A stretch of 51,996 nucleotides of DNA from Alphaproteobacteria bacterium (GTDB lineage: Bacteria; Pseudomonadota; Alphaproteobacteria; SMXP01), in assembly GCA_021774915.1 (NCBI GenBank), contig JAJFIO010000033.1, positions 1 to 51,996 on the forward strand, read 5' to 3'. Under the pieces are notes generated by a model that worked only from the letters and a program-made list of their open reading frames with translations, had not been told where the DNA came from and did no database searches. This document shows, piece by piece, positions 35,241-44,267 of the stretch (the stretch's first letter is position 1; each line of letters opens with the position of its first letter). Made by a program: the position numbers and the translations under genes.

Positions 35241-35594
35241 ATGCTGGACATGAGCGTGGTCATCTTGAGTTGCATCATTCTGGGCGCAGGCGCTTTTTTC
35301 GTCGTTGTCGGCGCGGTGGGCGTATACCGTTTTCCTGATTTTTATACGCGCCTTCATGCTGCCGGCGTCACCGATACGATGGGCAGTGAACTCATTTTGC
35401 TGGGGCTTGTTTTGCAGGCGGGCTTCAGTCTGATCGCCGTCAAACTCATTTTCATAGGGTTGTTTCTGTTCATCACCAGTCCGACGGCGACCCATGCCAT
35501 TGCCAACGCCGCCCTGACGGCCGGCCTTCGCCCCTTTCTGAGCGTCAGAGCCGGCACTGCATCGCCCGGATCTGATCGGTCGGATCAAGAATGA
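35241..35594 (+). CDS. mrpG: Mrp/Mnh-type antiporter subunit G
   Basis: GAVGVYRFPDFYTRLHAAGVTDTMG is a classic MnhG motif. Confidence 0.85.
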   Translation: MLDMSVVILSCIILGAGAFFVVVGAVGVYRFPDFYTRLHAAGVTDTMGSELILLGLVLQAGFSLIAVKLIFIGLFLFITSPTATHAIANAALTAGLRPFLSVRAGTASPGSDRSDQE

Positions 35595-35610
35595 AAAAGG
35601 GGGAGGGGCG

Positions 35611-36201
35611 ATGACCTATATACCTTCACTTGATATGTCGACATTCGTGGACATTATACTGTTGGCGTTTTTGCTGCTGTCGGCGTTGGCCGTTGTGATC
35701 ATGCGTCATCTGTTTTCCGTGGTCATGGTGGGCGGGGTGTATAGTCTGTTGTCAGCGGCGTTTTTTGTGAACCTCGATGCGGTGGACGTGGCGTTCACCG
35801 AAGCCGCCGTCGGCGCCGGGGTTTCCACCGTGCTGATGCTTGGCGCGCTCATGTTGACGGCGCGGCGGGAGAAACCCGTCACCAGCCAGCATTCTCGTCT
35901 GCCCTTGCTGGCGGTTTTGGTCACAGGCGCCGCTCTGATCTACGCGACATTTGATATGCCGGCTTTTGGGGACCCGGGCTCGCCCGCCAACAGCTATGTC
36001 GGCATGGACTATATGGAGCGCACGCCCCATGAGATCGATGTGCCCAATGTGGTGACGGCGGTGCTTGCCAGTTATCGCGGTTTCGATACCCTTGGTGAGG
36101 TCGTGGTGGTGTTTGCAGCCGGGCTGGGGGTGCTTGTCCTGCTGGGAATGGGATTCACGGGCGGGACTGCACCCGGCAAAGATGAAGAGGATCAGGCATG
36201 A
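35611..36201 (+). CDS. DUF4040 / MrpA-C-terminal-like (MbhD/E-like) membrane subunit
   Basis: AVDVAFTEAAVGAGVSTVL motif, with 5-6 TM segments. Its position between G and B matches Mbh-type modules. Confidence 0.7.
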   Translation: MTYIPSLDMSTFVDIILLAFLLLSALAVVIMRHLFSVVMVGGVYSLLSAAFFVNLDAVDVAFTEAAVGAGVSTVLMLGALMLTARREKPVTSQHSRLPLLAVLVTGAALIYATFDMPAFGDPGSPANSYVGMDYMERTPHEIDVPNVVTAVLASYRGFDTLGEVVVVFAAGLGVLVLLGMGFTGGTAPGKDEEDQA

Positions 36202-36641
36202 CCCCTCATCTCGTTTTGCGCGTTGTCACCAAGACACTGATTCACCCCATTATCTTGTTTGCGTTTTATGTTCAATTTCATGGTGATTTTGGGCCCGGCG
36301 GCGGGTTTCAGGCGGGTATCCTTTTTGCCGTTGCTTTTATTCTTTATGGCTTGATATTCGGCCTTGATATGCTCAAGAAAGTCATCTCACCGCGCGCTGT
36401 TCAAGTGCTTATGGCGCTGGGTGTCCTGCTTTATGCCGGTGTGGGATATGCCACCCTTTGGATGGGCGGTGCCTATTTGGACTATGACGTACTCGTTCCA
36501 AATGACACCCATAATGCTGGCCAGCATTACGGCATCTTGGCCGTTGAGTTGGGTGTGGGGATTACGGTGGCCGCGGTAATGATCGGTCTGTTCTATGCCT
36601 TTGCCGGCCGTAACGTCGAAATCAGTGACGAGGATTGGTGA
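36198..36641 (+). CDS. mrpB: Mrp/Mnh-type antiporter subunit B
   Basis: The FHGDFGPGGGFQAGILFA motif is typical of MnhB. It overlaps the previous gene by 4 nt. Confidence 0.8.
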   Translation: MTPHLVLRVVTKTLIHPIILFAFYVQFHGDFGPGGGFQAGILFAVAFILYGLIFGLDMLKKVISPRAVQVLMALGVLLYAGVGYATLWMGGAYLDYDVLVPNDTHNAGQHYGILAVELGVGITVAAVMIGLFYAFAGRNVEISDEDW

Positions 36642-37030
36642 TGTCTGCGGAATTCGTTCTTGGTCATTACAATTATTGGATTGTCGTCGTCTTGATGATG
36701 GTGGGGCTCTATACGGTCATGAGCCGCGGCAATTTGATCAAAAAACTGGTGGGACTGAATATATTCCAGACATCGGTTTTTCTTCTCTACATCTCCATAG
36801 GAAAAGTGAAGGGCGCCACCGCACCGATTGAGGCAGCCGGAGAGGGGGTGCTTTATTCGAACCCCTTGCCCCATGTTCTGATCCTGACGGCGATCGTGGT
36901 GGGGGTGGCCACCATGGCCGTGGGGCTGGCAATCATCGTGCGTATCCGTGAGGCCTATGGCACCATTGAGGAAGATGAGATTCTCGCCATCGATCACAAG
37001 CTCGAATTCGGTGAGGGCGTGAACGCATAA
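36641..37030 (+). CDS. mrpC: Mrp/Mnh-type antiporter subunit C (NuoK-like)
   Basis: About 129 aa with 3 TM segments. It has GLYTVMSRGNLIKKLVGLNIFQTSV and LTAIVVGVA motifs. The TGATG stop/start overlaps with mrpB. Confidence 0.8.
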   Translation: MSAEFVLGHYNYWIVVVLMMVGLYTVMSRGNLIKKLVGLNIFQTSVFLLYISIGKVKGATAPIEAAGEGVLYSNPLPHVLILTAIVVGVATMAVGLAIIVRIREAYGTIEEDEILAIDHKLEFGEGVNA

Positions 37031-38523
37031 TGTTGGCGCAGATCTCTCTTCATTTTCCTGCACTCCAGGTTGTTCTTCCCTTGATTGCGTCTCCCATCTG
37101 CATGGTGTTGCGCCGTGAGAGAGCGGCGTGGGGAGTGGCGCTGGTGGTGAGTTGGGCCAGTTTTTTGATTGCCGCTCACTTGCTTATACAAGTTCTGGAC
37201 GAGGGGGTTATCTCCTACCATATGGGCGGCTGGCCACCGCCCTGGGGGATCGAGTATAGAATCGATGCGCTCAACGCCTTCGTCCTTCTTTTAGTGTCGG
37301 GTATCGGTGCGCTGGTGATAACTTATGCGCACAAGAGCGTGATCGCGGAAATTTCGCCTGACAATCGCTGCCGGTTTTACGCCCTGTTTTTGCTCTCCCT
37401 GGCGGGTCTGCTGGGCGTGACCATCACAGGTGATGCGTTTAACGTTTTCGTATTTTTGGAAATTGCCTCCCTTTCCACATATGTCATGGTGGCATTAGGG
37501 GCAGGGCATGATAAACGGGCCCTCTCTTCATCCATATCCTATCTCATTGCGGGCACTATCGGCGCGACATTCTTTATCATTGGTGTGGGTTTACTTTATA
37601 TGGCGACCGGCACTCTCAATATGATGGATCTCGCGGCGCGCATCGCAGATCTTGGTGATAGCCGCACACTGCGGGCGGCATTTGCTTTCATCGTTGTGGG
37701 AATTGGACTCAAACTTGCGATCTTTCCGCTGCATTTGTGGCTTCCCAATGCCTATACATATGCGCCGTCCGTTGTGACGTCTTTTGTCGCCGCCACTTCC
37801 ACCAAAGTGGCTGTCTACGTTCTGATGCGCTTCGTATTCACCGTTTTCGGCACACGATTCGAGTTCCAGGGACTCACACTTACCTATCTGTTTTTGCCAT
37901 TGGCTCTGTTGGGTATGTTTGTACCCTCGATTGTGGCGGTCTTCCAAGAAAACGCCAAGCGCATGCTGGCCTATTCCAGTATTGCCCAGATTGGTTACAT
38001 GCTGTTGGGGATTAGTTTCGCGACCGTGGCGGGTTTAAGCGCGGCCACCATTCATCTGTTCAATCACGGATTGATGAAGGGCACTTTGTTTATGGTGCTG
38101 GGTGCGGTGGCTTACAGACTTCGATCGACGGATATCGCCTCAATGGCGGGCCTGGCTTCTCTCATGCCGTGGACTATGGCGGCTTTTGTTGGCGGTGGCC
38201 TCAGTCTGATCGGGGTGCCTCTCACAGTCGGGTTCATTAGCAAATGGTTTTTGATCCAGGCAGCTTTGGAATCCGGACAATGGTGGATCGCGGCTCTTGT
38301 GGTCATTAGTTCACTGATCGCTGCGGTTTATGTGTGGCGGGTCGTTGAGGTCGCCTATCTGCAACCGGCTCCGGCGGATTCACAAGCCACCGAAGCGCCT
38401 CTGTCCATGTTGATACCCATATGGGTTCTGGTTCTGGCTAATTTCTATTTTGGGATTCATGCCAGCTTGACTACGAATATGGCAACGCGCGCGGCTGAGA
38501 TGCTGCTGGGGGCAGGAACATGA
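37030..38523 (+). CDS. mrpD: MrpD/NuoN-like proton-conducting antiporter subunit (copy 1)
   Basis: 497 aa and polytopic, with PLHLWLPNAY, AYSSIAQIGYMLLG and HGLMKGTLFM motifs. Confidence 0.85.
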   Translation: MLAQISLHFPALQVVLPLIASPICMVLRRERAAWGVALVVSWASFLIAAHLLIQVLDEGVISYHMGGWPPPWGIEYRIDALNAFVLLLVSGIGALVITYAHKSVIAEISPDNRCRFYALFLLSLAGLLGVTITGDAFNVFVFLEIASLSTYVMVALGAGHDKRALSSSISYLIAGTIGATFFIIGVGLLYMATGTLNMMDLAARIADLGDSRTLRAAFAFIVVGIGLKLAIFPLHLWLPNAYTYAPSVVTSFVAATSTKVAVYVLMRFVFTVFGTRFEFQGLTLTYLFLPLALLGMFVPSIVAVFQENAKRMLAYSSIAQIGYMLLGISFATVAGLSAATIHLFNHGLMKGTLFMVLGAVAYRLRSTDIASMAGLASLMPWTMAAFVGGGLSLIGVPLTVGFISKWFLIQAALESGQWWIAALVVISSLIAAVYVWRVVEVAYLQPAPADSQATEAPLSMLIPIWVLVLANFYFGIHASLTTNMATRAAEMLLGAGT

Positions 38524-40010
38524 TCTCATTCACGCCGCAAATTGCATTGGGCACCAGCCTACTGCTGCCCCTCATCGGCGCCGTTCTGATCGCTCTTTCC
38601 GATAAAACGCCCAACCGGCGCGAGGCTGTAACTTTGGTTACAGCCGGTCTGTTGTTCGCCGACGTGCTCTATCTGCTCGTCCATGTCGTGAATGGAATGC
38701 GGCCGCGTCTGGAATTGTGGGAGGTGATACCGGGCTTAAACCTGGCCTTTGAGATCGAACCATTGGGCATGTTGTTTGCTACCGTTGCCAGTGGTCTGTG
38801 GATCGTCAATTCGGTCTATTCCATTGGTTATATGCGCGGCAATCAAGAACAGCACCAGACGCGTTTTTATGTCTGTTTTGCCATCGCCATTGCCAGTGCG
38901 CTGGCCATCGCTTTTTCCGGCAATATGTTCACCCTGTTTATTTTCTATGAGGCGTTGACGCTTTCGACATATCCGCTGGTGACCCATAAACAAACCGATG
39001 AGGCGCGACGGGGAGGGCGGGTTTATCTGGGCGTCCTGTTGACCACCTCCATCGGATTTCTGCTAGTCGCGATTATCTGGACATGGGTGATTGCGGGCAC
39101 ATTGGATTTTCGTCCGGGTGGAATTCTGGATGGCGTGGCGGAACCCGCCATCGTACCTGTGTTGCTGGCGCTTTATATGTTCGGCACCGGCAAGGCGGCG
39201 CTGATGCCGTTTCACCGCTGGCTGCCGGCTGCTATGGTGGCGCCAACACCGGTGAGCGCTTTTCTCCATGCGGTCGCCGTGGTGAAAGCCGGTGTGTTCA
39301 CGGTCCTTAAAGTCACGGTATATGTTTTTGGAATTGATTTCCTGAGCGCAACCGGGGCCTCTCAATGGCTGATGTGGTTGGCTGCGGCGACTATCCTGAT
39401 TGCGTCGCTTGTGGCGATGACCAAGGATAACCTAAAAGCCCGGCTCGCCTATTCTACTATCAGCCAATTGTCGTATGTTACATTGGGGGCGGCGCTAGCG
39501 ACATCCATGGGGGTGATCGGCGGCGGCATGCAGATCGCCATGCATGCCATGGGCAAGATGACCCTGTTCATGTGCGCCGGGGCGATCTATGTGGCCACCC
39601 ATAAAACGCAAGTCAGTGACATGACCGGGCTGGGCCGGGTGATGCCGTTCACTTTTGCGGCGTTTTTCATAGGCGCGCTCAGCATTATAGGATTGCCGCC
39701 CATGGGCGGGGCGTGGAGCAAGTTCATGTTGATCATGGCGGCGGCGGATCGCGATGAGGTAGTTATCATTGCGGTTCTTATGCTCTCATCTCTGCTGAAT
39801 GTGGGTTATCTGATGCCTCTGGTCGTGCGCGGTTTTTTCTCGGAGGCGCCGGCGGCGGCTTTGGGTAGCGCAGCAACATTTGCGCCGATGAGAGGCTTAA
39901 GAGAGGCGCCGGTACTCTGCGTGCTGCCGCTTTGCCTGACCGCGTTAGGTTGTATTGCTCTGTTTTTTTACGCCGAGCCGATTTATCGTTTTCTCGAAAC
40001 CATCGTTTAA
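38520..40010 (+). CDS. mrpD: MrpD/NuoN-like proton-conducting antiporter subunit (copy 2)
   Basis: 496 aa with PFHRWLPAAM, AYSTISQLSYVTLG and HAMGKMTLFM motifs. It overlaps copy 1 by 4 nt. Confidence 0.85.
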   Translation: MISFTPQIALGTSLLLPLIGAVLIALSDKTPNRREAVTLVTAGLLFADVLYLLVHVVNGMRPRLELWEVIPGLNLAFEIEPLGMLFATVASGLWIVNSVYSIGYMRGNQEQHQTRFYVCFAIAIASALAIAFSGNMFTLFIFYEALTLSTYPLVTHKQTDEARRGGRVYLGVLLTTSIGFLLVAIIWTWVIAGTLDFRPGGILDGVAEPAIVPVLLALYMFGTGKAALMPFHRWLPAAMVAPTPVSAFLHAVAVVKAGVFTVLKVTVYVFGIDFLSATGASQWLMWLAAATILIASLVAMTKDNLKARLAYSTISQLSYVTLGAALATSMGVIGGGMQIAMHAMGKMTLFMCAGAIYVATHKTQVSDMTGLGRVMPFTFAAFFIGALSIIGLPPMGGAWSKFMLIMAAADRDEVVIIAVLMLSSLLNVGYLMPLVVRGFFSEAPAAALGSAATFAPMRGLREAPVLCVLPLCLTALGCIALFFYAEPIYRFLETIV

Positions 40011-40027
40011 GCAAGGCGGACCCCGCG

Positions 40028-40300
40028 ATGACTGATGAGACAAAACAGACGCAGGCAGGAGAAAAAGCCACTTGGCTCGATAATCCAAAACACATCGATT
40101 ATCTGGTCTGGGCTCTTGTTGCGTTGTGTGTGCTGGTGGCGGGTGCAGACTTTTTTTATGTCAAACACCCCCACTTTGATGTGGAACATATTCGTAATTT
40201 TTATGGTTTTTATGGATTTGCCTGTTTTGTATTTATCGTGTTTGCGGGAAAGCTCCTTCGTAAATTAGTCATGCGGGATGAGGGTTATTATGATCGCTAA
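40028..40300 (+). CDS. Small 2-TM membrane protein embedded in the Mrp-like cluster
   Basis: 90 aa with two hydrophobic helices (YLVWALVALCVLVAGADFF and FYGFACFVFIVFAG). It is translationally coupled: its stop overlaps the next gene by 11 nt. Confidence 0.5.
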   Translation: MTDETKQTQAGEKATWLDNPKHIDYLVWALVALCVLVAGADFFYVKHPHFDVEHIRNFYGFYGFACFVFIVFAGKLLRKLVMRDEGYYDR

Positions 40301-41996
40301 TGTCCTGCCTCTAAGTTTGTTTCCTGCGCTTATCCTGATTGTTGGGGGGATGTTGATTCCGCTTGTTCCCCAATCCTTTCGTAAAGTCTACATGCTGGCA
40401 TTGCCGGTTGTGGGACTGTTACATTTTCTGAGCTATCCGTTTGGCTCTTATGGCGAAATTTCTCTGTTTGATTTCACATTGTCGATCATGCGGGTTGATG
40501 GCCTCAGCCGGATATTCAGTGCCATCTTCTTTATCGCAACGGCGCTGAACATTATCTACGCCTGGCATGTGCGCGATACGCTGCAACAGGTTACGTCTGT
40601 GGTTTATCCGGGGACGGCGCTTGGCGGCGTTTTGGCGGGCGATCTTATTACGCTCTTCGTCTTTTGGGAATTGGCTGCAATCTCTTCTGTGTTTCTCATC
40701 TGGGCGGGTCGGACGGAACGGGCCATCAAGGCGAGTGTGCGTTATCTCATCATACAGGTGGGGTCAGGCGTTTTGCTGTTGGGCGGGCTCATCCTTTATG
40801 CGCATGATACAGGCTCGATCGCTTTTGATCTCATGGAGCTCAGTTCTTTTCCGGTCCTGCTGATTTTTCTGGCATTCGGCGTCAAAAGCGCTTTTCCTCT
40901 GCTGCATAACTGGGTGCAGGATTCTTATCCTGAATCCACCGTGTCCGGGACCATCGTCCTGTCGATCTTCACCACCAAGCTAGCGGTTTACTCTCTGGCG
41001 CGCGGCTTTGCGGGGACCGAACAGTTGATCTGGATTGGCGCGATCATGACGCTCTTCCCCATCTTTTTTGCGGTGATCGAAGATAATCTGCGCAGGGTTC
41101 TGACGTACAGTATCAACAATCAGGTAGGCTTCATGGTTGTGGCCATTGGTATCGGCACGCCGCTCGCGATCAACGGCGCTGCGGGGTACGCCTTTTGCAA
41201 CATCATTTTTGAAGGCCTGCTCTTCATGAGCATGGGCGCTGTGCTTTTCCGCACCGGAACGATTCAAGCATCGGAATTAGGGGGGATATACAAATCCATG
41301 CCGATCACAGCCTTCTTTTGTATCATCGGCGCTTTGTCTATCGCAGCTTTTCCACTCTTTGCCGGATTTGTCACCAAAGGTTTGATCATCGATGCGGTGT
41401 CAGGCGAACATATGATCTGGATCTGGGCCATCCTTTTGTTTGCGTCAGCCGGTGTGCTGGAACATGCGGGCATCAAAATTCCCTACTTTGCCTTTTTCGC
41501 GCATGACAGCGGCAAGCGCTGCGAAGAAGCGCCGCCCGGTATGCTGATCGCGATGGGAATTTCGGCGGTATTGTGCATTGGGATCGGTGTTTACCCAGCG
41601 CCTCTTTTTGCTCTTTTGCCTTTTCCCATGGACTACCAGCCTTACACGACGGCACATGTCATTACCCAATTGCAATTACTTCTGTTTGCGATTTTGGCAT
41701 TCGTTGTTTTAATCAGGGTTGGAGTCTATCCGCCGGAAATCCGGTCGACAAATCTCGATACGGACTGGTTCTATCGTAAGCTGACCCCAGCAGGGCTATC
41801 GGTGATCGGAAGGGGATTAAACGTGGCGCGACAATGGATTTCTGCGAGCAGCCAGAAACGCCTCGATCAATTCATTGGTCGGCTTTATCGTTTGCATGGC
41901 CCAGAAAGCACGCTGGCGCGTTCCTGGCCTGCCGGTCATATGGCGCTGTGGATTGCCATTCTTCTGGGCGTCACGCTGATCCTCAATTATTTTTGA
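40290..41996 (+). CDS. MrpD/MrpA-N/NuoL-like antiporter subunit (copy 3) with C-terminal extension
   Basis: About 568 aa with PLLHNWVQDSY, TYSINNQVGFMVVAIG and AFCNIIFEGLLFM motifs. It carries an extra C-terminal amphipathic stretch plus a terminal TM segment. An alternative ATG is at 40278. Confidence 0.8.
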   Translation: MIANVLPLSLFPALILIVGGMLIPLVPQSFRKVYMLALPVVGLLHFLSYPFGSYGEISLFDFTLSIMRVDGLSRIFSAIFFIATALNIIYAWHVRDTLQQVTSVVYPGTALGGVLAGDLITLFVFWELAAISSVFLIWAGRTERAIKASVRYLIIQVGSGVLLLGGLILYAHDTGSIAFDLMELSSFPVLLIFLAFGVKSAFPLLHNWVQDSYPESTVSGTIVLSIFTTKLAVYSLARGFAGTEQLIWIGAIMTLFPIFFAVIEDNLRRVLTYSINNQVGFMVVAIGIGTPLAINGAAGYAFCNIIFEGLLFMSMGAVLFRTGTIQASELGGIYKSMPITAFFCIIGALSIAAFPLFAGFVTKGLIIDAVSGEHMIWIWAILLFASAGVLEHAGIKIPYFAFFAHDSGKRCEEAPPGMLIAMGISAVLCIGIGVYPAPLFALLPFPMDYQPYTTAHVITQLQLLLFAILAFVVLIRVGVYPPEIRSTNLDTDWFYRKLTPAGLSVIGRGLNVARQWISASSQKRLDQFIGRLYRLHGPESTLARSWPAGHMALWIAILLGVTLILNYF

Positions 41997-42590
41997 TCGG
42001 CAAACGGTGCTTTCCTTATCAATTTTTCAAGTCCTCCCGCCATATGAAAAGCCATGCGGCACTTTCACCGGCGCTTGGCTCGCTCTGTCAAAGCCTGGGT
42101 GACCGCGCTGTTAAATTCTAAACGAGGGTGTTTACTCAAAACTGCTTGTTTGTTGATTGGCGAAATCGACGTCATACACGCACCGATGACATCCGCGACA
42201 GCCCCTTCATGGGCAAAACAATTGATGCCTTATTACTTGAATGCATAGCGCACTTTTGGGTGAAGCCGTAAAAGGGCTCGGTCCATAAGTTTTGATCTTA
42301 TGCCCAGGAGTGCTGAGTATCTGATGCCGGCGATCCGAGCGGCGCAGATTTCCGCCGGTCAGTTCGGCCCACGCTACCGTGCCCAAATGAGGTGCAATCA
42401 TATTCTTTTCTCCTATGATACTAAAATAGACTGAGCGGTAGGCGGTTTAGGGTCAAGTATACTTCCCTCCTGGGAAGGTGCTGTAAGTAAAGCGTGAGAT
42501 AGAACGTTGTTGCTTGCATGTATTTGCGGAAGCAACTAGTTTAACCATAGTGGTATTTCCTGGGTAAAATGACATCTTGACGGATAGCAG

Positions 42591-43013
42591 ATGGTGCAAA
42601 CCATGGACGACAATGCCGATCTCCTTGGGCTGACTGCGGATATCGTATCGGCTTATGTTGGGAATAATACTATCGTTCAGGCCGAGCTGCCGGGTCTGAT
42701 TCAGCAGGTTTACGCCGCTATGGCCGCGCTTGATCAAAGTGGCGCGCCAGTAAAGCGAGAGAACTTAAAACCTGCGGTGCCGATCAAAAAATCTGTAACC
42801 GATGAATATATTATCTGTCTTGAGGACGGACAGAAATTCAAATCTCTCAAGCGGCATCTCAGCACCCACTACAATATGAGTCCGGAAGAGTACCGGGCGA
42901 AGTGGGGGCTGCCGAATGATTATCCCATGGTGGCGCCACATTATGCGCAAACACGTTCTGATCTGGCAAAGCAGATGGGTTTGGGACAAAAGGGACGTTC
43001 GCGTTTGAAATGA
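42591..43013 (+). CDS. mucR: MucR/Ros-family zinc-finger transcriptional regulator
   Basis: The sequence IICLEDGQKFKSLKRHLSTHYNMSPEEYRAKWGLPNDYPMVAPHYAQTRSDLAKQMGLG is almost the family consensus. Confidence 0.92.
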   Translation: MVQTMDDNADLLGLTADIVSAYVGNNTIVQAELPGLIQQVYAAMAALDQSGAPVKRENLKPAVPIKKSVTDEYIICLEDGQKFKSLKRHLSTHYNMSPEEYRAKWGLPNDYPMVAPHYAQTRSDLAKQMGLGQKGRSRLK

Positions 43014-43070
43014 GTGACGTGATTCCAGGAGGGGCGCTCTTGGAGTTAATGAATAGGGGTAAGCTCTGCC

Positions 43071-43571
43071 GTGTTGGATTCTAATTTGGCATTTCGTGCG
43101 CAACTGGTCATTCCCGAGCAGCGCGCTCTTTTTGACTATTGGTCCGAATGCTGCGGTGAACGCACCATGCCCGCGCGGCGTGACATTGAGCCGGGCCGCT
43201 TGCGGCGCCATTTGAGTTTTGTCAGTCTGATCGATGTTGAACTTGAGCCTCAGCAACGCTATCGCGTGCGGCTTGCGGGTACTGGCCTGCGGGAAGTTTT
43301 CCATCAGGAGTTAACTGGTCACTATCTGGACCAAGTACCTCAGGCGGATTGTGCGGCATTGGATCGCGTTGTTGAACGTGGAAAACCCGCTCAGGGTATT
43401 TCATCTCTACGCAATGCCACTGAAGACCACCTGATTCAATTCTGGTTAAAGCTCCCGCTTTCTCATGATGGGGCTTCGGTAAACATGATATTGGGCTATG
43501 ACGTTTTTCTTCATGTTGCTCAGGCCGTGGCATTAACAGAAGCTCGGCTGCCTGCAGTCAATGCTTCCTAA
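43071..43571 (+). CDS. PAS_5 (PF07310-like) single-domain protein
   Basis: LFDYWSECCGERTMPARRDIEPGRLRRHL is typical of this alphaproteobacterial family. The start codon is GTG. Confidence 0.7.
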   Translation: MLDSNLAFRAQLVIPEQRALFDYWSECCGERTMPARRDIEPGRLRRHLSFVSLIDVELEPQQRYRVRLAGTGLREVFHQELTGHYLDQVPQADCAALDRVVERGKPAQGISSLRNATEDHLIQFWLKLPLSHDGASVNMILGYDVFLHVAQAVALTEARLPAVNAS

Positions 43572-43621
43572 TGCTTCGAACGGCGTGTTCCATCTTTTAG
43601 TCCAGCTCAACGATAAACGCC

Positions 43622-44188
43622 CTATCGTAAGTTCGTGATCCGCATGATCAGGACAGCCACCCAGAGCAATTCCTGATTATACAGCACAGCCTGTTTGGCT
43701 TGAAAGGGCACCAGAGAAAAACGGGAAGGTTTCTGCTCGCTGGCAATGATGCGGCACAGGAGGCTGACGCCATGGTTTGTGGTGGCCAGGCAGTCCTGAT
43801 TGACCGCATGTATGAGGTTCTCACCGGGGAGCCTGTCGCAGATGAGGAGGTCTCCGGCATGAAAAGGGCCAAGGGTTGCCCCGAGTTTCACTGCCACCGG
43901 ATTCACCGATGGCAAGTCAATGAAAAGGTCATCGGATTTCGAAGGATGAAGAAATCCCCTCTCTTGAATTACTCCAATAACGGGTATGGATTGGCGGTCT
44001 GGAGAGTCCAGGAGGTCTGTCGGACTAACTTTTAAGGCAGACCCCAAGCGTACGAGCCAGTCAGTGGAGAGTGTCATCGTACCAGTTTCCAGCCGTGAGA
44101 CCGTCTGAGGAGTTGTCCCGATTTCCCGCCCGATTTCGCCGAGAGTCAAGCCTCTTAGCTTGCGAAAGTGGCGTATGTGATTTCTCAT
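43622..44188 (-). CDS. XRE-family HTH regulator with C-terminal S24/LexA-CI-like domain (catalytic motif not evident)
   Basis: The N-terminal HTH is LRGLTLGEIGREIGTTPQTVSRLETG. The C-terminal beta-rich domain has AGDLLICD, matching the GDlvlVd position of S24. GATLGP replaces the GDSMxP serine motif. Confidence 0.75.
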   Translation of the reverse strand: MRNHIRHFRKLRGLTLGEIGREIGTTPQTVSRLETGTMTLSTDWLVRLGSALKVSPTDLLDSPDRQSIPVIGVIQERGFLHPSKSDDLFIDLPSVNPVAVKLGATLGPFHAGDLLICDRLPGENLIHAVNQDCLATTNHGVSLLCRIIASEQKPSRFSLVPFQAKQAVLYNQELLWVAVLIMRITNLR

Positions 44189-44213
44189 CCAATCACCCCC
44201 TATAATAGGTTAA

Positions 44214-44267
44214 GTTGTAAATGAGATGATCTAATTAACCAAGAAATTGTATCATGAAAAAGTTGTA
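44214..44267. promoter_or_regulatory. Divergent promoter region with three direct RTTGTAW repeats (candidate operators)
   Basis: TTGTA occurs at 44215, 44247 and 44263, spaced 32 and 16 nt apart. The repeats lie in the AT-rich interval between the CI-like gene and the DnaA-C-like gene. Confidence 0.3.

Noticed and set aside
42765-43304. 179-codon minus-strand ORF spanning the mucR 3' end and the PAS_5 5' end
   Set aside because: It is antisense to two well-supported genes and crosses their intergenic region. The peptide is Arg/His/Gln-rich and not domain-like.
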